Positions 52,726 through 64,000 of a stretch of DNA of 64,000 nucleotides are shown piece after piece (within the stretch, counting starts at the first letter, position 1; each line of letters opens with the position of its first letter). Position numbers and translations under genes: made by a program. The notes beneath the pieces were generated by a model. It was not told the DNA's origin. It was given only the letters and a program-made list of their open reading frames with translations, and ran no database searches. The DNA is from Camelus dromedarius (lineage: Eukaryota): the NCBI RefSeq assembly GCF_036321535.1, contig NC_087437.1, forward strand, positions 43,650,001 to 43,714,000, written 5' to 3'.

Positions 52726-54799
52726 AAGTCAAGATTTTAATATATTTCAGACCTGAGTAAAATGAATTTTGTTTTATAGTAAAGCTGAGAACTTCTTATT
52801 TTCACTCAGTGAAATCTACAAGACCGCAGACAAGAAAGATGCTAACTAAACCACATGTGAATTGTTACTGCCTCTGCCTATCTTCTCACATGCCTGTGAC
52901 TGCAACCGACCTGCTCCCTTAGTATGAGACATCTAGTAGGAAACTCCCAAGGGATTTAAAACTATCCAGCTAGTGAAGGGAAGGTCCTCTGACTTACGAT
53001 CCATGTCTGCACGTGGGTTTCTGTCCTGAGGCTTGAGGTTATAAAGTATAATCACATCTACAGACCCTATTTCCTAACTGCCACTCACTATTAAACTACT
53101 TTAAAAATAACAAGTTTGCTGAGCCCTATTATCAGAAGAAAATGAACAGTAAGAAAAGAACTATGATGGGTAAGCATTTTGATCTAGGTTGAAGTCAGGA
53201 AAGAGCAACAACAAAAGTACACCTTCACCTGCCCCTGGGTTTACAGACCTAACCAAATGCCTGATAGATGCTACCATAGGATGCCAGGGATTTCTACCAA
53301 GTAGGGTATTTTAAAGACAACAGTGGTAGTCTTGATAACTTTAAGGTACCCTACTTGATGGTCTTGAGTTTCTTCCTAAATTGTACAGCAATAGAATAGA
53401 CAGTCCTCTAATCACATTTTCTCCTGCTGCTGAGAAAGATCTAATTTATTTGCTTAATTTTGTTATCCATTGCCCAAGGTGTCTATTCCATCTTTGATTC
53501 TCTGGCCATCATTTTTTGAGGTTGATTCTTGGGACGCACACTTGGCTACATGACTTATTACTATGCTTTTTTACTCTATGCTTCAAGGAGCCTAAGAACA
53601 GCTATGAAAGAAAGAAAAAGAAAGAAAGAACTAAAAGGAAGTAATAAAAGAAAGGCTCCACATTAATTAGAGCTGGAGAGTATCTAATGGAAGTTACTTT
53701 TGTTCAGATTTCCATGAAGGCTTTTAGCAAAGATAAATGAGCCCGTGCCATGAAGCTGTGTATGTTTTAAAAAGTGATAAAAGGTTAATTGGGTACTGTG
53801 TGAGCAAGACTGTGTATAGAAGAACACTTTAATTGATGGTCAAAGTATAGTTAATATTCATATATCTTATGTCTACAACAGGTTGCCATTCCACACAAAA
53901 CTTACACAAAGTTTTGGGAGACAAAACAAAAGAGCTTAGCAATGTGTGCATAGTTTACAATAAAACATTTTGGGGACATTAGATGGGAGAGGGGAAGGGG
54001 AAAGAGCTGGGATGCCCAGCAGATGTGAAAAGATGTGTTAAGGAGGGAAAAGTAAAATTGTATTTTTCCTCTAGCAACCAAACGGTTCTTTGAATAATAA
54101 CCACATGTTTGTTCCAAGGGCTGTAAAACCATGGAGAAAGATTGAGGACCCCAATAATGAGAGCTAGAGCTGAAGGAATCATTATTTACAGAAAAAAAAA
54201 ATCTTAAGAGGGAAGAAGCAGTCATTAAGATAATACTCATCAATAAGAGTCAATCTTATCAATTTCCCCTTGCATTTTCCCCACAGCTTAAATTCTGTGT
54301 TACACAATGATTTCTTCCCCTGTCCTAAGTCAGAAAGTTCCTTTTACCAAAACCAAGAAATATAAAACTATAGATTTGCATACATTTGACATGGAAGTAA
54401 CTAATATCATCCACCAGAAAATATTATGTCTTTTCTTTGCTATGTAGACCAGCAAAATAGTAAAGTGGAGAGATGAATTGAGACTCACAAGATTGTTTTT
54501 CTCTTGTGAGGATTCAGCCTTGAAAATCTTGGCCAAATCATCAGACTACTCTTCTGTACATTAGATAAAAAGACCCATCAAGTTGCATTTACCCAGCTAA
54601 GGTGACTCCATTGCAAAGGCTACCTTCTACCTAGTAGAGCCTCTATACAAAAGAATATCTCATTGCAAATCCTGAGTTTCTTGAGTTCCTCCCTCACTTC
54701 TCCCATCCTCTCTGACCCCCAAACTTTCTTTTATTTGCAAACTTGTTTGTCCTTTCTCCTTGGATGTACAACCTAGTCTTTGTCACTTTGCCTTTACTC

Positions 54800-55820
54800 C
54801 TGAGTATGTTTTCATTACTGTTGCTATAGCAACACATTCATAGAGACCCCTTGTAGTAAAACCTCTTCCAATTACACTATGTTTCCAGGGATCTCCTTTC
54901 ATGCATCTCATATCTATCTCATCTGCATTCTCTTTATTAATCCTCAGTGCCATTTTATAGTTTTTATTCTCAATCACTCTGATCTGGATGTTAAAATAGC
55001 CTTTTACATGGTATCTAAAACACTGTATGACCTCGCTGTTGTTTACATCACTAAGTTTCTTTATCGTCTTCCCCAAAAGCCTGAACTTCAACCACAAAGA
55101 AATTTCTTTAATTTCCTCAAATGCATTGTGCTCTTGGTCTCTCTTCTCTGGGTCTTTGCACAGACACCTCCATCTCCCTGCTCTTTGCTTGGCCAACTCA
55201 AAGTCATCCCCCAGGACTCAGTTCAGATGGCACATCCTCTGGTCTTTGTGACTTCTAGGCTAGGTAAAAACTGGATCTCTCTTTTATCTCTGCCACAACA
55301 TGAGTCATACTTTGTCTGGTTCTCTGGATCCTCCTCAAGGCTGTAAACTCCTTGAAGTCAGGGACTATGTTCTTTGCAGTTATACTCCTTGTGATTACTG
55401 CTCCTTTCAGATTTGGGGAATGAAAATGACACATACTATCCCTGAAAATGTCTTGACTTTTCTCCTCCATGATTTTTCACATGCTGTTCTTTTTGCCGGA
55501 ATTTTATCCCTCAAAATCAAGACTCCCTCCAGCCCTCTGCACATGCCTTGGTCTGTTATAATCTTGCTTATTCTTCTAGGTCAGACTCCGATGTTCTGTC
55601 TCTCATGAACATTCTCATATCAGACCCACTGACTGATCCAGTTTATATCCTAACTGGATAACATGAATCACACACTGCTTTATAGTGAATTCAGCCCCTG
55701 TTTTTTCTCTCAAAATAGATAGATTAAAAATATGGACTATGTCTTATAATATTTGTATTCTCTGTTATCTATCAAAGTGTTTTGCATAGAGTCAGTGCTT
55801 AATATGTACTAAATTAATTA
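54800..55820 (+). mobile_element. L2 LINE fragments
   Basis: ctgtaaactccttgaagtcagggactatgttct and related L2 3' phrases; pyrimidine-rich. Confidence 0.6.
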
Positions 55821-56907
55821 TTGTACAATAAATTTCCAAAGCTATGAATTTTTCTGTGTTTTCTCTAGAAAATGTTCAGTAGAGGTGCTTTTCCCACTGT
55901 GACTTTCTTAATCTTTCCCATTACAACAAGGAAGTATATGATTTATTTCTACATATTTCCCTTACCAGACCACAACAGAAATCCTTCTGAGGACGGTGGG
56001 AGCAATAGAAGCACGTGAATAATTCTGTTGGGTACAGGTGAAATTTAGAATTCACACCACTTCAGCTGATGTTTCAAAGGCTCTGAGATCTCCAGTGGAA
56101 ACTTTTCTCTCTTCTACCTAAAAGCAATGTGGAGTTGTGCTGTTTCTCATGTTTTCTCTCATCACTAACATGACCAAAGCCCAACCACATATCCTTCAAT
56201 ACCACAATTCAAATCACACATTATTAGTGAAATCTTTTCTGCTTTCTCTAAGTAGGGCACATCCTCTTCCAGCCCTGTACACACAATACTATTTTTGTAT
56301 CTCTCTTATGACAGTCATCTCTGCCGCATATTTTTGTGAATATTTATACCCAAGTCTTGTATCCCTTTTGAAGTGTGAGTTCCCAGAGAGCAGAATTTGT
56401 GCCTGATTTTTGCCATTCCCCTTTGCCCATAGAAAATGTCTTACATGTATATATTGGTTCTGAAGCTTATATTGTCTGTTAAATGGTACATTATACATAT
56501 ATAAAGATTGTGTGTATGAATATGATATGTACATACAGTGCACGTATTTATATCCTTAGAGTAGAACTAATATCTATATTAAGCCAATCTGATCACCACT
56601 GTAAAAATGAGAGAATCAGTTAATGTTATTAGAACCTAAATTACTGTACCAAACATATTTTGATGCCATAATTTTCCCTCTTAAGATGTAAAAAGAATCT
56701 CAAATAGAATTTTAATCATATGTATTAGAGGTTATTTCATTCCAAAGACTTCCCTGATCCCCAAAGAAACCTTGGCTTTTTTATTATAATTCCATAGCAG
56801 TAATTACAGAATATTGTAACTGCCCACTCATTTAACTGCTTTGTCTTTGATTTCCTTGGGGGCAGGGACTATATCACCATATTGACTTTTGCTCACACTG
56901 CTTAGGC

Positions 56908-57411
56908 TGTGGTGGGCAGAATAATGTTCCCCTTCCCCCAACCTGCCCCTATCAAAGATGTCCATGTCCTAATACCAAGAACCTGTACATATGATACCTA
57001 GTACGGCAAAGGTAACTTTGCATGTGTGACTAAGTTATGAATTTGGAAATGCAGAGACTATCCTGGATGATCCAGGAAGGATCTAAATGCAATCCCAAAA
57101 GTCCTTATGAATGAAAGCCAGAGCTAGGAAAGTCAGGAGAAGACAGGGCAAAAGAAGCACAGGTTGGGCCAATACAAATGGTAGCTTTGAAGATGGAAGA
57201 GTGATACAAGCCAAGGAATACGAGGGGCCTCTAGATGCTGGAAAAGGCAACAAAACAGAGTCCCCCCAGAGCCTCCAGAAAGAACACACCTTGATTTTAG
57301 CCCAGTGAGATCCATTTCATACTTCTGATTTCCAGAAGTGTACAATTACGTGTTGGTTTAACCCACCAATTTTGTGGCAATATATTACAGCAGCAATATA
57401 AAACATATGCA
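56908..57411 (+). mobile_element. MaLR solo LTR (MLT1D-like) inserted into an L2 relic
   Basis: Starts tgtggtgggcagaataatg; contains aaagatgtccatgtcctaat, ctagatgctggaaaaggcaa, ccttgattttagcccagtgaga; ends ttacagcagcaatataaaacatatgca. L2-like sequence continues on both sides. Confidence 0.88.
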
Positions 57412-59024
57412 ATAGCCAACACATAGCAGGTGATTCATAAACATTTAGTCACTAAAAGAACCATAAGATATTAGGCCTGAAAAAATGTCTGCCAGAATTA
57501 ATGGATGTGGGTAACACAGAGAGAAGGGAAGGTGAGGAAGAATTACCCAATACTAATTAAAGGTGGGCCGATGAGAGAGGTGCTGGGAAATAAAAACAAA
57601 AACAAAAAACAACAAATATTCCCCATTTTCTGACTTAGGTAACTAAATGGATAATATTACATATGTAAAGAAAGAAAGGTTATCCTCTTAGTTTTGGACA
57701 TGTTTGGAATTAGGGTCACCATGGAACAACCAGATGGAGATATCTAGGAGACAATGGAAAATTTGGTCCAGAAACTCAGAGGAGCTCTGATGTAACCCAA
57801 CAGCCTTGGAATATGAGGTTAGAATAGCAAAATAGCTGGAGACAAAACTAGAAAGGCAGCATGATGTTTCTTAAATGCCAAGGGAAGCCAAGTCCAACTC
57901 ATTAAGAGGTTGGGATGGGCACTGACGGTATTTGAACTGGGAAATGAAGTAATCAAACTGATGCTTTAGGAAGATTAATGTGGTGGTCTTATGTAAAATA
58001 GACAGGTAGAAGGGAAGACTTAAGACAGCAATACCATGTAGACTTTACAGATCACTTTCAAAGATACTTTCTTATTTTATGCTCACAGCAATCTTGTGAG
58101 GCAGGTAGGACAAAGCATTATCAAAGGGCAACTTTTTTGTTATATCATCATAAAACCAGTTGTATCATATTGATGATTATTTCAACCTACTTTTAAAGCT
58201 TTCCATATAATTTGCAATATGTTCAATTTCTTACTACTCTAATCAGTGTGTTAGGGTTCTTGGTGAAATTCCTAGCTCCTAATATTCAGAATCCATTCAT
58301 CACTAAAAAATCAACAGAAATGAATGAATATCATCCATATCAAATATTTTAATTCTTACATAAGCCAAATCATCCTGAGGGGGAGGGGGAGAACATTGTA
58401 TTATTATAAATAGAATAACAAAATATTGCTGTAAAATGAGTTGGATCAGGTGCTTTTATCACAAATAACTGTTATTATGATAGATCCATCTTGCTCCAAA
58501 CTTGCTAACCAAATAAAAGCATTTGGATGACCCAACTGCAAGCCTTCTCTAGAAAGTCTCTTGCATGGCACTTCCAGGTTTCAGTTTTGACTCCAATATC
58601 CATTTGACGAGGCTTCAAAAATCACATATTGCAATGAAAGAGCCTCTGGGGCTATATTTAGGTGCTGTTAAATCACCAGGAATGATTGGGTCAGAAGAAG
58701 AGAAAGATAACTGAGAGAGTGCCCAGGTAAATCAGGTTAGGAGCTCAAAATTTCTCACCATTACAATTCCCAATTCAGTTCTCCTCCTTTGATTTATGCA
58801 GGGCTGCTCGGAAGCATCCATATGAATAATTCAGCACTTGAGAAACAAGGTAGGTCTATCTTCATAGATTAGAACAGGTTCTAAAGCTGATTTCCCTGAG
58901 ACTCAAGCCTGTGTCATGATTTGGTTCCACACCATCATTAATCCAGACAAAAAGCACTATCTTCAAAATGCAACTCTTAGCAATTATTTAGGGGATCTCA
59001 GTGTTTCAGCAATCCAAAATTGGT

Positions 59025-59192
59025 CAACATGGTCTAAAGCCTATTGCTCAGTGGATGAGCTACATTAGCACACATGGGAGCTTGTTAGAGAAGGAAAAAC
59101 TAGAGACCTCCCAGGGACCTACCTAATCAGAACCTGCATTTTCACAAGATCCCCAGGCAATTCATTTCCACCTTACAAATTTGAGAAGCTCT
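59025..59192. mobile_element. MER5A-like DNA transposon relic
   Basis: tgggagcttgttaga...gacctacctaatcagaacctgcattttcacaagatccccagg...tttgagaagc. Confidence 0.8.
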
Positions 59193-59797
59193 CGTTTAAA
59201 GCACAAAAATTTCAGAAATTGCTTTTAATTGTATCCCCTAAAATCCTTCCAGCTAACATTTCTATGACATCACAAGAGCTCAAAGACTTTCTAAGTTTCT
59301 TATTTATTTTGCTTCTTTTGATCAGTTTCCAGGAAATCATAAATAGCCAATCATCCAAAGGGTTTTCAGCCTCCTTGTACAAGAGTATGGTGATTGAATG
59401 CATATGAGGGTTTTTTTCCCACTAAACACACTTCATGCTTGACTCTACACATGCCGCATTTCCTTTTTTTCCATCTTAATTTGTATAAATCTTAGTAAGG
59501 GAAGAAGAGGGAGCACAGTTGGCAGAAAATGTGTTGGGATGAAGTGGAATGCATTACAGGTCAATATCTATTTCTCCCTAGTTCCACTTCACAGGTAATA
59601 ATTTCAATTATTGGATGTATGATTTTAACCAATTTATATTAACTGGATACTCACTCATGGGAAACATTTAAAGCTCTGTGTTTAATAAATTACCAACAAT
59701 TTTACTATCTGCATTTCCTTACTCAGAGATGGCTTGAGGGTGACATTTCCTCATGAGTAGAGCAGGTGAGCAGAAGTCTTTCTTGCTGTGTTGTGGG

Positions 59798-60270
59798 TTT
59801 TTGGGTTTTTTTTTTCTGTTTTTCCAAAACAGCCATCAGCTAGTTCCACAGCAGGGGTAGAGCAGATTGGCTGGTGTGGAATCTCCCCAAGGACACCCTG
59901 CCCTGTCTACCTTGATTATCTGCTGGTCCTGATCCTGTTTGTTGCCTTCCATGTCCACCTCAATGACTCCCCACCATCAGGCTCCTCACTGTAATCATTT
60001 ATCTCATCCATGTGCTGCATGTCCTCATTGTCCTCTGAGTCTTCGCTATCCTCGTCACCTCAGCCACTTCGTCCCTCTTATTATCATGATCCTCTGAGGC
60101 TGGGCTTGCCAAGAGATAGCAAGTTTATTTTCTTTCTAGGTGATGCTCTGGAGCCAGGCCTAGTGCTGCTGTTTTTGCAGCTGCCACTGTCTCCTCCACC
60201 CAGGGTGCATCCGGATTAATGCACGGTCATACAAGGCAAGAGTGAAGGCAACAAGGTGGACATGGCTCCT
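59798..60270 (-). pseudogene. ANAPC15: Processed pseudogene of ANAPC15 (APC/C subunit 15)
   Basis: Minus strand from GCCATG (ATG 60263-60261) gives, across frameshifts, MSTLLPSLLPCMT..NPDAPWVEET..QLQKQQH*AWLQSIT*KEN..GKPASEDHD..DEDSEDSEDNEDMQHMDEINDYSEEPDGGE..EVDMEGNKQDQDQQII. This is collinear with ANAPC15 as I recall it (MSTLFPSLFPRVT...EVDMEGNEQDQDQWMI). No introns, internal stops, A-rich tail relic at ~59798-59823. Confidence 0.92.
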
Positions 60271-60271
60271 G

Positions 60272-60330
60272 GATAGCTGTTTCACCTTGGCCCAGTCACT
60301 TAACCTCTCTGATCTTCAGTCTCCTCATCA
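60272..60330 (+). mobile_element. MIR core fragment abutting the ANAPC15 retrocopy
   Basis: tagctgtttcaccttggcccagtcacttaacctctctgatcttcagtctcctcatc. Confidence 0.7.
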
Positions 60331-60639
60331 CATCCCGAAGCAGCAGCCTGCAGTGGTACCTTAGATAATAAAGTATGCATAGTAGCAGGATGACAGCAAA
60401 GGCGAATTATTTTCAGCTTCCTGCAGGAATGTTCAGTCTCAGCCCAGAGTTTAGGCACAAGGGACAGGTATGTGCATACACATAGACTCAGGAGGCCACG
60501 ATTACAGTCCTGGCTTGGTTACTATTTGCAGTCCTTTGACAACCACATGGCCTTGGACAATCATTTAGTCCACCTGAGGCTCTATTTCCTAGGGACCATG
60601 GCATGGAGGGGAATCTTCACTTATGTTCAGTGTCAAATA

Positions 60640-60818
60640 TGTATCACACGTCCTTATGCATATACCACACATTCCTCCCAACAATTCTGTAAGACTAACC
60701 TTTAGTCTTAATATGAGAAAACTGAGGCTTAGAGAGGATAAAGAAGTTTCCCAAGACCTCATGGCCTGCAAAGAGCTGAGAAGGAATTCAAACTCAGGTC
60801 TAGCTGACTCCAAGACCA
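60640..60818 (-). mobile_element. MIR SINE
   Basis: cctcccaacaattctgtaag...atgagaaaactgaggcttagagagg...gaattcaaactcaggtctagctgactccaag. Confidence 0.8.
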
Positions 60819-63107
60819 TATAAAAAGACCATGTATTTTTTTTCTTTAGACAATGCAGCCTACCGATATAGTATTTGTGATGTCCAAATGAATTTTTATA
60901 AATTAAATAACTTTTTTAAAAAGCAAAACATACAGAAAGATGTGGTTGAAATATTTTAACTAACTTCATTTCTATTGTATTACAAAACATCTCAGCCTCT
61001 GCCCCAAAGATGCTGACAGTCTGGCTGTGACAAAGCCTCATAAAACAGATAATGGATATATATACATTCAGTTCGCTGACTTAAGTATATCGTAAGTGTG
61101 GCTGGGTTTGATTTTGTAAGAGATACAAAGATGAGTAAAATGGGCTCCTTCCCTCCGGGAAAGAATATCATACTATATTGAAGTGAAGCTAATACGCAAT
61201 AAAGAACTTGTTGCAAAACAGGACAGAATGAAATGAGTGTTGAACAGTGGTCCAAGCAGCGTATCGAGGGAATACAGAGAACAAAACACTGACTGAGCAT
61301 ACCAAGGAGGAGTCTACAGAGCATGTCACTTTTAAGACTCTGGAAAGATGGGCAGAGAATGTGAGAATGAATTCCAGGATAAGAAAAAAATGATGGGCAA
61401 AGGCAGAGAAGCATGAAGGCACACTTGGGAAAATGTTGTGTTGAGATAGTTACATCTGTGGAGGAAATGTTCCTGGAGAGGAAAAATAGAAAGACTTCCC
61501 ATCTTAACTAAAACTATTTAGTCTTGTTTGAGGTTTTTCCAGTATGCCTGCTCTCCTGGTTTTTCTTTTCAATTTAAATGATGTCATATCTGAAGAAAAA
61601 AAAATTTTCACATTATACAATGGGAAAAACTGGACTAAAACTTTCCACTGTGTAATGTGCTAATTACAGGTACCAACAGCAAAACCAAACAGGTTAGGGA
61701 AAAGCAGAGAGTGCCCAAAGAAGAAAATTTGTACAAAACAAACAGGGCTTTAGTTGACCTTAAATAATAGGTTGGAGATGGAGACAGAGAAAGAGAGAGG
61801 AGGAAGAATTGAAAGGGAACTTGGATGATTTGTCATTTCAATCATGCCTCCTCGCCTGACCCAGTTTGCCTGAGTGGAATTGTGCAAACAATTGTGGAGC
61901 ATCTCTGCCATCGTGAGAACATATCACTGTGGTTAAGTTTAAAAACCCATGAAATGAAGCATGCTACAAAGAAATAGAGTGTTTTTCAGTTTGGTCTTTA
62001 AAGTTCCTCCTTAGCAATTTATATCTTCTCACCAAAAGCTTAGAACAGATTTAAGTTCATGGGGTTTAAGTTCACTTCTTATTTTTCTTTGTCTCTCACG
62101 TTTCACTGTGAATAGTGAGCATATAAGTAGACGATCCGGGAACCTATATGCGATTTTTTAAGGATATTATTATTGTGGCATCATTGGTTCTTTACAAACA
62201 CATACAGGCTCTTGATTTAAAAAAAAATAGCAAATAATATTAGAAGAATTGAGTAGAAATATAATGAACCCAAAGTAGTCCATAAGAGGCTGCTTAAAGA
62301 GCATACTGGAATACTCACTAAATGATTCAAAAAAAAATAAATGGACATTAGTTAAGTCTATATTAAGTGCTATTGATAGAACATAGTACATTTTTATGCT
62401 CGATCAATAATTAAGTTGATAAACTTTTATTGTATTAATAGGCAGTGTTAATTATATTTAACATTAAAATAATGCTTCACTATGTTCAGAAAAAATAAGA
62501 AATATATTGGTTTAATTACTTTTAAGTCCTTATTTTTCACTGCGATAATTACATTTGTAAACCTGAATCTAACAGTTTAAAGCGTTGGCATGGTTCTGTG
62601 CCTCTCCTAGGAAGCTGGTCAGAGTCTGCATGTGGCCTTACCGTCTGCAGAAGGCAAACCATCTGGATGGAAGAGAAAAGCTGACCTAAGAAAACCAGCT
62701 TAGACATTCCAGAGACAGCCTTCTATATGACTGAGCTCTAGGTCTGACCCTGGACACCAGGAGGAGAGGGAGTCTAGTTGTTCATTAGGAGAGAAACCCA
62801 GATTCAGGTACTGCTAATGAGCTAGTAGGAGGGAAGGTAGGTACTCTGAGGATTTCTTAAGTACACCTGCTCAAAATGGAGAGACCAAGACATGGCCAAG
62901 ATGGTGCAGAACATTCACACTCCTGACCTAAGAGCTCAAATGTGGGTGTCCCATAAAAGACATCCTCCCTCCTCAGTGTCCTATTCTCCTAAGACTCTTT
63001 TCCAAATCTCCCCACAATTCCAGTGGTATCACCCTCTATCTTTTCCCCTATATCTAGAGGTCCATTCCATGCCGTATCCAACTCTGGCTCCTGGAACCCC
63101 AGCAGGG

Positions 63108-63595
63108 TGTACAGTCCAAGTCAGCCAGATCCAATCAGTAAAACAGCCCCTGACAGGTGGTTCAAAGGGACCTTAAATACAGGGAACTAGTTAAAAGGTG
63201 TTGGAAGGGATGCAAAACCAAAAAGGGTAATGAGAGAACCCTTACATCAGCAACAGTAGAAAGCTACTCTTGTCCCCCAGGCTGCAGGGATTTAAAAAAG
63301 AATATGAAATTGCTAGACCCCAGGAGTCAGGGATGCCGGATAGAAACCGAGATCACCAGGGGGTAAACTGTATGGTAAGCTGATACCAGTCAAAGAGACA
63401 CAGCCATCACCATGAACATTGCCTAAGTCAGAGTGTTAAAGGGGGAGTAAAACTCTGGACCCTTGATTTCTCTGGATTCCAATTTTCTGCCAATTCACTG
63501 TTGGCCAAATCAAATGAAAACTGTCTGGGTTAACCCCTTGTGATACAGAGCAGGAGAAATCTGGCAGTGGGTCTGAGACCAATCACTACATGACT
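63108..63595 (-). mobile_element. Old ERVL-class LTR relic (LTR33-like), possibly followed by internal sequence to the window end
   Basis: cagatccaatcagtaaaacag...ttaaatacagggaactagtt...cactgttggccaaatcaa resembles antisense ERVL LTRs; family call tentative. Confidence 0.45.
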
Positions 63596-64000
63596 GACAT
63601 AGCCCCCTTTTCACCCAGGACTGGAGAGCAGGCGGTTATCTCATATCCCTCTCTCCAGTGGTCTTGAGGAAGACATCTGGGACCTACACATCAGAATACC
63701 CTGGAGTAATATCTTTAATGAGCCTCTCTGTCTCCTTAAGTAACTGATTTTTCTCTCTCCATGCAGCAACTGAGAGTTGCTGCAGGGCTTGGCTTGCGGC
63801 AGCTGCTGAAGTCTCCCACCCAATTCTGCCAGCCAGGAACCAGGACCTAATCACAGATGTGGGATCTGCTCTCTTGCTGTAGAACTCAGCACCCTTATCC
63901 CCCGAATAACTCTGAGGTCCCTGACTCCATGTAGTGATTCACTGTAGAACTGGGGATCTTCCACAAATGGGGATCTTCCACTTCTTTCTCCAAATCATAT

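Noticed and set aside
54783..55608. Overlapping 100-155 aa ORFs on both strands
   Set aside because: They lie in L2-derived sequence and show no recognisable protein similarity.
59788..60219. Plus-strand ORFs with a Ser-rich run
   Set aside because: They are the antisense shadow of the acidic ANAPC15 retrocopy.
60992..61422. 140-aa Cys/Leu-rich minus-strand ORF
   Set aside because: Overlaps what looks like decayed L2 sequence; no domain recognised.
1..64000. CRISPR arrays, operons, prophage or defence systems
   Set aside because: The DNA is mammalian, with spliceosomal introns and eutherian repeats; no regular repeat-spacer array or dense coding region is present.

Overview
This is AT-rich mammalian genomic DNA, not microbial; tRNA-Ala-derived SINEs of the camelid vic-1 type suggest camel, alpaca or llama. 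It holds the 3' end of neuroligin-1 (NLGN1) on the + strand. Bases 1-33329 are the tail of a large intron, followed by three coding exons: 33330-33515/33542 (alternative donor giving splice insert B), 36925-37714 and 38513-39335 (TM helix, cytoplasmic tail ending TTRV-stop). A long 3' UTR with several poly(A) signals follows, then intergenic DNA. The rest is mostly decayed repeats (L1, L2, CR1/L3, MIR, MER5, LTRs). Best items not in the ORF track: a decayed processed pseudogene of ANAPC15 (minus strand, ~59.8-60.3 kb); an in-frame stop plus AATAAA just past the last splice donor (possible TM-less isoform); an RBFOX/NOVA motif cluster around the insert-B donors; a near-consensus CTCF site. I found no convincing evidence of a novel biological system. 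Repeat families are called by eye from remembered consensus sequences and their boundaries are approximate.
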